Position numbers and translations under genes: made by a program. Positions 1 to 9,300 of a stretch of DNA of 64,000 nucleotides are shown here, one piece after another; positions within the stretch are counted from its first letter, which is position 1, and every line of letters starts with the position of its first letter. Below the pieces are notes generated by a model that saw nothing but the letters and a program-made list of their open reading frames with translations, did not search any database and had not been told where the DNA came from. Source of the DNA: Corallochytrium limacisporum Hawaii (taxonomy: Eukaryota > Protista > Pluriformea); assembly GCA_002811645.1 (NCBI GenBank), contig PDIP01000093.1, positions 12,790-76,789 on the forward strand. Direction: 5' to 3'.

Positions 1-351
1 AATCAAGATTGAAAAAGATCCTCGGGAGTCAAGTTTTTCGGAGTTTTGACCCTGACATACCAGACAGAGGGTGGTACCATTGTGAAAAGAGGCACGGGCA
101 TTTTCCGCTTTATCAGACTCCAGGAGGAGGGCAGTTAGGCAGACGAAATGGTCCCTGTGGGAGTCGTAAATCGACACGAAGTCTGTTTTAGCCAACGAAG
201 TCCCGTTTTGTAGCAGCAATGACACCCCTTTGTGCAACGAACTCACGGAGTTCGTGAATTGCTCAGGCGTCGCATTGTGCGCTTAGGCGTTTCCTTTTGA
301 AAAGACTTCACACAGTGAAAAATAAAAATCTAAACAAGTTTACAAAATTTG

Positions 352-429
352 GTAAGGTATTTCTGTAGTATTTGCGGTTACAATGTGTTACTAGTGTTCA
401 GAATTTCACATCGATCTTCTTCCGTACAG
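352..429 (+). other. Candidate 78-nt spliceosomal intron in the 5' UTR of the HMG-PHD gene
   Basis: G|GTAAGG donor, 'GTTACTAG' branch-like element, 'TCTTCTTCCGTACAG|G' acceptor 93 nt before the ATG. Confidence 0.55.
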
Positions 430-522
430 GACTTAGCTATATGTTTAAAGATTGGTAAAATTGGCAGAAAACAAATGACTTGATATTCGCATGCGGTCTT
501 TGAAAAAATAACAAAAGCCACC

Positions 523-3291
523 ATGCCTGATCAGGAAGATCTCGTGACTTCCGAACCTTCCGTTGAGAAAACTGCGGGTGGCAAAGAGGCAGGAAAAGAC
601 GCGGAGGACAGCATGGAAACAGACATACAACCCAACGGCGACCACCTCAAAGAAAACGAAGAAGCAGTCGAACCTAAAGAAAATGGTGACCCAACTCTAG
701 GCGTCGTTGTTGAAGAACGCACCGATGTGGTTATCGAGGAAGTGGTTGAAGACCCAGTGGTAGAGGAGGTGATAGAAGAGGTGGTAGAAGAAATCGTCGA
801 AGAGCCCGCCCCGGAAATATCTCATTACGACGAAGGAGAGGCAGCGAAGAAGAGTGATGAAGATCAGGAAAAAGAACTCATGGATGGCGTAGAAGGCCTT
901 GAAGATGCAACTGGCCCCACCGTTCTAGAAGTCACCGAAGAGGAGCTATTCATCGTGGGCACTGTCAACGTGGATGCTGTAGAGCCTGTAGTCGAGGAAG
1001 CAACTGAGGAGAATGATGAAGGAAAAACTGCAGAAAAAACCGATGAAAACGGAGAGACTGCCGAGTCAAACGCTGGCACAGAAGAATTAGTCGATGCAGA
1101 GCCGGAGCGAGAGGCAGAGGCTGCTGCAGGAGAAAAGGAGGAAGTTGAGGCAGATGTAGCACCGGAGACAGACACAGAGCCGAAACCAGAGTCAGAGCTC
1201 AAGGAAGGAGCTGCAAACACCGCAGAGGACGCCGGACAGACTATGGATGTGGCAAAAGATGTCCAGAGTGAGCAGGTCGATGTTGTTTCTCGAGAAATTC
1301 TGGAAGACATGGTTGACAAGGCCGTTGCAAAAGAAGGAGAGACTCAGGACGGTAGTCCAGCTCAAAAAGAAAACGCTGACGATGAGGCCACTAGCTCTGC
1401 CGGCGCTGAGCATGCAGGAGAATCCGCCATGGAAACTGACGATGTGGTTGCTCCGACTGCGAGCTCACCTGCAGCGACGGGAGACTCTGCCTTGGCTGCC
1501 ACAGCCGCGGCTGCCGCAGCTGCCACAGCCATAGCCCCAGAAACTTCTGCTGACAATGAAGGCAACGATGCCATGGATATAGAAAAGAACAAAACGAACC
1601 CAGAAAATGGCAAGGAACCGGGAAATGCCGACGATAGCATGGACCAAGACGATGAAGACAGCAACAAACCTACCCGGCACACCTCAGCCGAAGACTTGGC
1701 CAAGCTTGCTCAGGATGCCGCAGAAATGGCAGCGCGGGTGAGCATGGACGACACGCGGCACAGCCACAGCGAGGCCCTTGCAGCGGGTTCCAGAAGCAAA
1801 GAATTCCGCAGCTTCAAATCATCGACGAAACAAGGTATTCAACTGGAGAACTCACTGTTCAATCGACCGCTCTTTTCCAAGACAGACGCGGTCATGCCAG
1901 CGGGCCAGATTGTCGCATCTGCACCTTTGGCAGTACAACGATCTTTGGCTTCGGTGCTTGAGGAAAAAATCAGTGCCAAGTCTGCTGCCGACAAGCGCAA
2001 GAAGGCAAAGAAGACCCTGGAAGACCCAATGGCGCTGGCCGCCATGAAGGCAGCAGCGGCCGTGAAGCGGGCAAAGAAGCGCCGTGAGAAGAAGGAAAAA
2101 GAGCAGGCGCGAAAAGCGTCCATTGCGAGGGCAGCAGAGAAGCGTAGGGAAACATGGGAACAGAAGCGCAAGGCCGCGAAGAAAGCTGAAGAGAAGAAGA
2201 AAGCCAGGGCAGCAGCACGGGCCAAGAAGCTCAGTGAAAAGCGGCGGATCAGTTCTGCAGCGGACGTGGCAGCCGCAGCAGCCCTGACAGCCGCTATTGC
2301 TTCGACAACTCCGCGTGGGACTGAGGTTGGTCCGCTGGGCGCCACGAAGGGCAACAACAAAAAGACAGGGTCGAAGAAAAAGCCTTCGAAAATATCTGCA
2401 AAGAAGGCAGCCCTTGCGGCGGCCAAGATGACAAAAAAAGCAGATTTGGCAGCGGGATCATTATCACAGGATGACCTGCAGACTATTATGGCCTCTCTAC
2501 ACCATCAGGAGCCGGACCAGATGGGCGGTATCCCGTCTGAAGATGCCAATGCTTTCCTCTCCCAGATGCAAGACAAGATGTTCAACAATGCCAGTCACAG
2601 CGGCATTCCTGCCACCATGGCCCAGATGCAGAGCATGGTTGTGGATGGACCACAGCGTGACAGTGCCCCTGGCAAGAAGTCTAAGCATGACAAATTCAGC
2701 GCTGCAGCCAAGCCAGCGGCGAATGGTGCCGCTGCCGCCGCCGCTGCTGCCGCCGCCGTTCCCGCTACAGTCGTCTCCCCAAGAGATACCAAGGCCAGTG
2801 GTAAGGGTCCCAAGAAGCCCCAGGGTGCTTACATGTTCTTCATGAAGGCAGAGCGTCAGCGTTTGGTGCAGGAGAACCCCGGAGCCTCGTTCTCAGAAAT
2901 CCAGAAGCTCGGAGGCAAAGTGTGGAATAGCATGCCCGCAAAGGAGAAGGCCAAATACGAGAAACTCGCCACTGCCGACAAGGAACGCTACAAGCGCGAA
3001 ATGGCTGCCGTGGAGGCTGGTAATGCAATTACCAGCAGCTTTAATGTACCCAAGGGAGCATCGAAGAAGGCTGCGGCCCCACTTTCCGCCGCGACAGCCC
3101 AGAGACTGTGCCGCACCTGCGGACAGGCGGAAGCCAGCGATAAAAATTTGGTTACTTGTGATGGTCCGTGCATGGGCAAATTCCATCCCAAGTGCGTTGG
3201 ACTCACAGCCGAGGCGATCAAGGTACTGCAGAACAGTTCTGCGGTTCGAGCCGAGTGGATGTGCGACGATTGCTTCCCCAGGGCTGGATGA
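523..3291 (+). CDS. Chromatin protein: long acidic N-terminus, Lys/Ala-rich basic region, HMG box and C-terminal PHD finger
   Basis: 922-aa ORF with GCCACCATG start. HMG box 'PKKPQGAYMFFMKAERQRLVQENPGASFSEIQKLGGKVWNSMPAKEKAKYEKLATADKERYKREM'. PHD C4HC3 'CRTC...CDGPC..KFHPKCVG...WMCDDC'. Confidence 0.85.
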   Translation: MPDQEDLVTSEPSVEKTAGGKEAGKDAEDSMETDIQPNGDHLKENEEAVEPKENGDPTLGVVVEERTDVVIEEVVEDPVVEEVIEEVVEEIVEEPAPEISHYDEGEAAKKSDEDQEKELMDGVEGLEDATGPTVLEVTEEELFIVGTVNVDAVEPVVEEATEENDEGKTAEKTDENGETAESNAGTEELVDAEPEREAEAAAGEKEEVEADVAPETDTEPKPESELKEGAANTAEDAGQTMDVAKDVQSEQVDVVSREILEDMVDKAVAKEGETQDGSPAQKENADDEATSSAGAEHAGESAMETDDVVAPTASSPAATGDSALAATAAAAAAATAIAPETSADNEGNDAMDIEKNKTNPENGKEPGNADDSMDQDDEDSNKPTRHTSAEDLAKLAQDAAEMAARVSMDDTRHSHSEALAAGSRSKEFRSFKSSTKQGIQLENSLFNRPLFSKTDAVMPAGQIVASAPLAVQRSLASVLEEKISAKSAADKRKKAKKTLEDPMALAAMKAAAAVKRAKKRREKKEKEQARKASIARAAEKRRETWEQKRKAAKKAEEKKKARAAARAKKLSEKRRISSAADVAAAAALTAAIASTTPRGTEVGPLGATKGNNKKTGSKKKPSKISAKKAALAAAKMTKKADLAAGSLSQDDLQTIMASLHHQEPDQMGGIPSEDANAFLSQMQDKMFNNASHSGIPATMAQMQSMVVDGPQRDSAPGKKSKHDKFSAAAKPAANGAAAAAAAAAAVPATVVSPRDTKASGKGPKKPQGAYMFFMKAERQRLVQENPGASFSEIQKLGGKVWNSMPAKEKAKYEKLATADKERYKREMAAVEAGNAITSSFNVPKGASKKAAAPLSAATAQRLCRTCGQAEASDKNLVTCDGPCMGKFHPKCVGLTAEAIKVLQNSSAVRAEWMCDDCFPRAG

Positions 3292-3410
3292 ATGAAAGTA
3301 AACGTCCTAGACAGATTGTAACAGTAGGTGTTCGTGTAAATCTGCATTCTATGCATCGAGCAGTTGGGCTGTGTAGGTATTTGTGGTTTAATTTTTTTAT
3401 CATATCGCCT

Positions 3411-5036
3411 TTATGCAGCCTGTTCAATGACAATGTCTCCACAGGGCTCAGCCTGGGTAATATTAATATGTCCACGGGTTTTGAGCAGGAGAATCTCAAA
3501 CAGGCCCTGGGCAGCCGTCTTGCGGCCACAGTTAGGTCCCAGTAGGCCATGGAAGCTCAGTTCTTGCTCCTTTTCGAGAGCAGACTCCAAAAAGTTCTTG
3601 ACCGCCCGTGTGCGGGGTGCCCACACACCCTCTTCGCCGTATTGTTCATCAGTGCTCGCACCAGAGCCCTGAATTGCACCAGGAAGGGAGCCGAATTTTG
3701 CCACAGTTTGCGTGTGCAGGGCTGCTGCTTCCTCGTCGTCGACAGTGATCTCTTGCTGCTCAAAATGTTCACCTTGCTGCTGATGGAATTCGTCATCCTC
3801 CATGCCAGCGTCAAAGCCATCGTCACCACGGCCAAAGTCATCAAAGCCACCAAAGTCCTGGTTGTCCTGGAATGCCACATCATGGTCATCGACAGGCGTG
3901 CGGTGGTGTTCTGTGCGGTACTTATTCACGGTTGCCTTAAACATGTCCTTGGTGCTCTCGGACGCTTTGGTCACAAATGGCTCGTCAAAAAGCTGTCCCA
4001 GGGAGTGAATTCCAGCCGAGGATTCATGGAGAGGGCGTACTGTTGGCCACTCACCGATAAGATCCCTGGTGTCCTTGAGACTGCGCTTGAACTCAGAATT
4101 GTCAATTACCAGCGCAGCGTCCTTCTGAATCTTGCGCTTGCGTTTGTTACGGTTGGCAGTGCCTCGCTGCTTGAGGATAACTTCCTCATCAAAGTTCAAG
4201 GGCACAGCGCTGGTGTCCAAAGCCGATGCCTCGGGTGCACCAAAGCCGTCGTCACCAAAGCCTACATCAAAACCTCCGTCGAACCCTTGATCAGGGACGA
4301 CGGCCATGGCCATTTCAGCCTCGGCGTCAGCATTCTCTGCCTCGCGCCGTTCCTTTTCAGCGGGGCTTAAATCACCACCGTCCTTCATTGCGGCCTCGTC
4401 CCGCAGAATCTGTGCACCACCCAGAGCGTCGTCCATGGGCACAGTGCTGTCCCGACGCTCCACTTCAGGTTCGTCGTTCATGATGTCATCGTCGAAGAGA
4501 ATTTCTCCGTCGTCGTCACCGAAATCATCGATAGTCATTCCCTTGCCACCATCAAAGGCTAGACCATCGTCAGGAAGGGTAATCTCCTCGTTGCGGGCTG
4601 CATGGCGATCAACGGCACCAGCGTTCTTGCCCGACTGCAGCTGGCTCAGAGTAGCCTCCAGTCCTTGACTGGCAACAGCCTGCAGATCCTCAGCTAATTG
4701 CCCGCCCTTCGAACCAACCGCTTTCTGGCCACCTTCGGCCAGTCCAGAGCCCTTGTTCTGACCGGGCTGAAACGCCAGCTTAATCTTCACAAGGGCATCA
4801 TTGCAGTCTGTAAGCAGGTACTCTGCCTTGCGTTTGTAAATGCGTACTACACCGAGCAGCAAATGACCACTTGTCCGCAGTGCAATGGGTGCTGCAGGGT
4901 TGATAATGGAATTTACCGAGCCATTGATACTAGTTTGGAAGATCTGTGCTTTGGAAAGTTTGGAATCCCAGTGAGCTGCCAGCCAGACTTTGCCCAAAGG
5001 TCCTTTCTTAGCGAGGACGAATTGCGAATAGAACAT
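3411..5036 (-). CDS. RAD21: Cohesin kleisin subunit Rad21/Scc1
   Basis: N-terminus '[33 protein letters not shown]...[17 protein letters not shown]'. Central 'KRKRKIQKD' and candidate separase ExxR site 'EPEVERR'. C-terminal winged helix '[16 protein letters not shown]...[10 protein letters not shown]'. Confidence 0.96.
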   Translation of the reverse strand: MFYSQFVLAKKGPLGKVWLAAHWDSKLSKAQIFQTSINGSVNSIINPAAPIALRTSGHLLLGVVRIYKRKAEYLLTDCNDALVKIKLAFQPGQNKGSGLAEGGQKAVGSKGGQLAEDLQAVASQGLEATLSQLQSGKNAGAVDRHAARNEEITLPDDGLAFDGGKGMTIDDFGDDDGEILFDDDIMNDEPEVERRDSTVPMDDALGGAQILRDEAAMKDGGDLSPAEKERREAENADAEAEMAMAVVPDQGFDGGFDVGFGDDGFGAPEASALDTSAVPLNFDEEVILKQRGTANRNKRKRKIQKDAALVIDNSEFKRSLKDTRDLIGEWPTVRPLHESSAGIHSLGQLFDEPFVTKASESTKDMFKATVNKYRTEHHRTPVDDHDVAFQDNQDFGGFDDFGRGDDGFDAGMEDDEFHQQQGEHFEQQEITVDDEEAAALHTQTVAKFGSLPGAIQGSGASTDEQYGEEGVWAPRTRAVKNFLESALEKEQELSFHGLLGPNCGRKTAAQGLFEILLLKTRGHINITQAEPCGDIVIEQAA

Positions 5037-5705
5037 TTTGACCCCTGAAGATATGTGTGAATAAGTGTTCTTTTGTGTAAGAGACCCTGACCAACACTAT
5101 TTTCACGCTCTCATGCAGGCGTGTCCCTTAGCTAGCTGTATTGCCAATAAGTTTCTGTCAATAGATGTCACTTGGATGGCGCAATTTACGAAGTAGCACG
5201 CACCTCTTCTGTTGTGCTCTCAACCAACAACGGTGGTTGTGTGTATCGCCATATTGTACTACCCTGTGTTCATCAAAGATTGAACTTGCGGTTAAGCGAA
5301 ATAACTTCCAAGTACCTGCAGGTGCGCGATTGATTTCACAATAGTCAAACAAAACCTCGTTCTTGCAATGGTGAAATCCTGTACTCATGAGAGCATGTCT
5401 CTTTCTTTTTGGGCGCCAGAACTTTGAAACTTTTGACTCTTGCTGTGGGTTCCCGTAAGCTGGTGCACCTTTGGCGCCGGTTTGTATGTTCCAGCAACCA
5501 ATAAACTCTCCACGAAACGCCTAGTCGGTGACCAATCTCTCCGCCCTTACTGAATGTACCGAAGGAGCTGGGGAAGCAGGCCCTTGACTACGGCCCAGAA
5601 AAGGAACACTAACCACCTCCCTCCCCGCCCCAGGGCGGTGGGGCACTGGAAACCAATGGCCCCCCCCCCCCCCTCTTCCCCAAACCCGCAGGCCAGGGGG
5701 GCTCC

Positions 5706-5910
5706 NNNNNNNNNNNNNNNNNNNNNNNNNNNNNNNNNNNNNNNNNNNNNNNNNNNNNNNNNNNNNNNNNNNNNNNNNNNNNNNNNNNNNNNNNNNNNNN
5801 NNNNNNNNNNNNNNNNNNNNNNNNNNNNNNNNNNNNNNNNNNNNNNNNNNNNNNNNNNNNNNNNNNNNNNNNNNNNNNNNNNNNNNNNNNNNNNNNNNNN
5901 NNNNNNNNNN
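5706..5910. other. Assembly gap flanked by G/C homopolymer tracts
   Basis: N run; poly-C and poly-G on the flanks. Confidence 0.99.
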
Positions 5911-6351
5911 CCCCCCCTTCTCCCCCCCCCCCGCAGGCTAGGAGGGCTCCGGGCAAAGGAGGCGGCGAGGTGGGAATTGTTTTCGGGCGGGAAAAGTTTG
6001 AGCTCGTAAGGACCCGCCCATTTTTCGACCACTGTGTACGCCTGCTTCGCGCATTTTTTTTCACCTGTTCGTCTGCTAGCCTACCTACCGGAGGCATGAG
6101 CTTTGTCTTCCCCCCAACCCCCCGCCCCCGGGGGGGGGGGAATATCGAAATTGATTTCATGACCGAAGCATTCTACTAATACTCAAGTGCTGAACTTTAG
6201 CGTTCGGAGCTGTTCTGGAGGGCCGCGGCATGCTACGGCCGGTGATAAACTACTGAATCGCCTTTTACGATACTTTGAGGGTGTAAGGGCCGAATTGTTG
6301 AGCCATAGTGTGTGTATAGTGTTTGTACGTGTGTATGTATGAATGTATATG

Positions 6352-6378
6352 TGAATGAATGAATGAATAAATGAATGA
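6352..6378. repeat. Imperfect (TGAA)n microsatellite just downstream of the ATM stop
   Basis: tgaatgaatgaatgaataaatgaatga. Confidence 0.85.
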
Positions 6379-6387
6379 AGCATAGGC

Positions 6388-9300
6388 CTATACGAACGCC
6401 TTCCATCCGTGGAAATGATGGGACAGATTCTTCTCGTCCGTAGCCTGCAGGATCAATCGCTGCACTTGAGCCTCTACGGTGCTGTGAATGCCATCTGCAA
6501 TGCCATTCATCTTTTGCCTAAGTGTATCCAAGATGGAAAAGGCATCGTCACAGGGTTCCTCGCTTGTATCCATTTCGTTCAGGGCGGCATCACCGCGCTG
6601 ACGTCTGCGTCGGTTCTCTACACCCGCTTGCCATTTGTTCAAGGGGTCGTATAGGAACACTTCGATGATGGTTTCCAGCTCAAAATTGTGCATACGGACC
6701 ATCCGCATGACGTTCTCGCACACCGTACGGAACTGTCCTTCGTAACTTGTAGGGCCCATGCCATCAACTAGGTCGCGGGTGAGACGGAATGGGACCCTTT
6801 CCGGTACTGCAAGGAACCGGCCTTGGTCAAAGGCAACTCCGAGATCGATATGCACAACTTCTGCGGTGCTGTCATCAACGAGCAGATTGCCAACATGACG
6901 ATCTCCGAGACCAACGACGTAACCAATTATGCTAGCAGTTGCCATGCTCCGGGTGTAGGAGAGACGCCGACGGTGCCATGCCTGGGCATTTTGCGCCGTC
7001 TCCCTGAAGTAGTACCGGAAGACGGGCTTAAAGTTAGCACAGACCCATCGATAGACGCTCAGGCGCTTCTCTTCTGTTTCGTTCTGCGTTTTCATAATGC
7101 GGTCCCGGGCTTCGTTGGGCTTAATATCTTGTGGACGATACCGTTCGTGGGCTCCGAGCCTTCCACCGCGCCGCCCGCCGAGTAGATAGTCGCTGAGCGT
7201 CCGCGTACCTTCACACCACTCCAAGACGCCAGCGACCTGACTGATGGGCACGATCTTGAAAGTGCGCATGCGTAGGCGCTGCTCATCCGCGTGAGAGACC
7301 CTTGAATGGTTGAAGAGGCTGTTGAAGAGTTCAAAAACTTGCTCCATGACCATGTCTTGACGCAGATCCTCAGTTTTTACTAATTGCGCGTACCTTTTGC
7401 CGTCCGTACCCACCACAGTCACTTTTTTCGGTAAGTTGACGCCCCCGGGGATAAAATACGTCTTGGAGACAGCATGGATGCTGATGACGTCAGTACCGTC
7501 TCGGATGACACCATCTGGTGGCAGAGGAATGTTTCGGGTAATGATCGGATAGGACATGTCGGCATTGATGTCAAGAATGCCCGTCGACTCGGGGATCGAA
7601 TGAGTTCCAGCGTTTTGGGAGCGCCCACCAATACTGGTGAGGCGCAAATATGCATCAAAGAGGCCTTTGTATCGGTTCAGAACTTGTTGTCCCCTGCCAT
7701 TGAGTGTGTTCAGGATGCTGCCTGCCTCAGCTTTTCTCTTACTCTCTATCGAATCTGTCGTGTTGACCATGGCCAAGAGGGTCGGAATGCAGTGGTAAGG
7801 GTATCTCCGGGCACAGCGTTGCAAGAGCTCGCGGAGACCACTGCTCTGAGGCGTGGGTCGTGTGCCAACCTGGTTTATGTAGATGGCCAGCAGCTGGTAA
7901 AATACCCTGATGTATAGAAAGATCGGCACAGAGTGCATCTGGGTCACTGCCTCCTGTTCAATCTTGGCAATGACAGACTGCTTGAAGCCGAGGTCTTTAA
8001 TCGAGTCATCGTTGACCAAGGCGACTAACCGAAACACCTGTAGTCCATGGCCCTCGCTGTACTGTAGACCTTTAGCGTAGTTGGAGATAGAACACAGGAG
8101 ATGCTTTTTGAACTGTTGCAGCACTGCACTTCTACTTTGTGTGTGTACCATATCTTCCATCTTCAGAGTCTTTAGCCGCCTCAACTGGTCTCTTGTTCTC
8201 TTCGTCAATGATTCCAATTTTCGAATTTCAGTCTTCCTGTTTACAGACCGCTTTTCACGATCGTTATACTCTACACCATTGAAATAGTCTCGCAATTGAC
8301 GAAAGCGTTCATCAGCAAACGAAGCTAAGGCGAAGCGTGCGTCAGACTTAACAGCGTAGTCAGCACTAAGTGAATTGGTCTTGTCGTAGCAGCCGATGAC
8401 CAATTCGTCCTGGTTGATAAATTCGTGTGCGTGCCACCGACCGCAGGTTAGGTAAGCCGTAGCTAGTACTTCATCGTACATCTGACCATGGGACTCATTT
8501 AGATGATCAACCGTGTACTGCAGGAGCTTGACCGCACGGGCCCGGTCGTTCAATTCCCACATAAGGCGTGCCTGCAGAAAATTGTGAACCAAGGATGATA
8601 TTGGAGATTTACAGTCCGACCGCTGCACCTGGGCCGCGATATCAGCCGCTACAGTGAGCTGGTTATTAGCAAGCGCTCGCTGTCCGCCGTGAAAAAGATG
8701 CATTGCGCGCAAACGTTGCAATTCAAGAGAGTCTTGCAGCCTCCCCAGGTGAATGGCCGCATCCAGAAGGCGCAAGCGGAAAGTGTGTTGAATCTCCCAG
8801 CGATCGAATTCCAGGGCTAGAGAGTTGTGCTTGGTATCTTCTTCCATCCATGACAACATCGTTCTTTCGATGTCTACTGCGAGCTTTTCGCTTGATGCAC
8901 CTTGGACCAGGTGAGTGGTAAGTTTGGAGACCACTCTTTGTACATCTTCACCCAAGCGTTTCAGCATGAATTCCTCATGTAAAGGGTTTACAGATCCCGT
9001 ACTTGTGTCCAGAGAGCAACTGAGGAAAGAATTGGCTATAGATTCCACTGACTGCCGGTTGTACTTACCTGGAGTAGTATTGAACAAGCAGGTCAGAATG
9101 CTTGCCATCCTTGCGCTCACGTCCTTCCCAAAGCTGATGGGTGCTAACATTCTGTCAATATCGCCATCCTCATGAACCATCGCCCCACTTCCGTGTTGGA
9201 TTCCCCAATCAGACAATCTCCAGGCACAGTCTGCTCGATGCATGGAAAGTTCTGGACCCTCCTGGCGTCCCACCTGACCTATGGCCATTGTCCACTGTCG

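Noticed and set aside
3549-4370. Antisense or alternate-frame ORFs over real genes (e.g. 273 aa opposite RAD21, 235 aa opposite AidB, 239 aa opposite DIP2 and RPN1)
   Set aside because: Expected shadow ORFs from codon bias in GC-rich coding DNA.
6257-6272. TCGCCTTTTAC resembles U5 snRNA loop I
   Set aside because: Only a 4-bp flanking stem; no extended U5 stem, and no Sm site with 3' hairpin at the expected distance.
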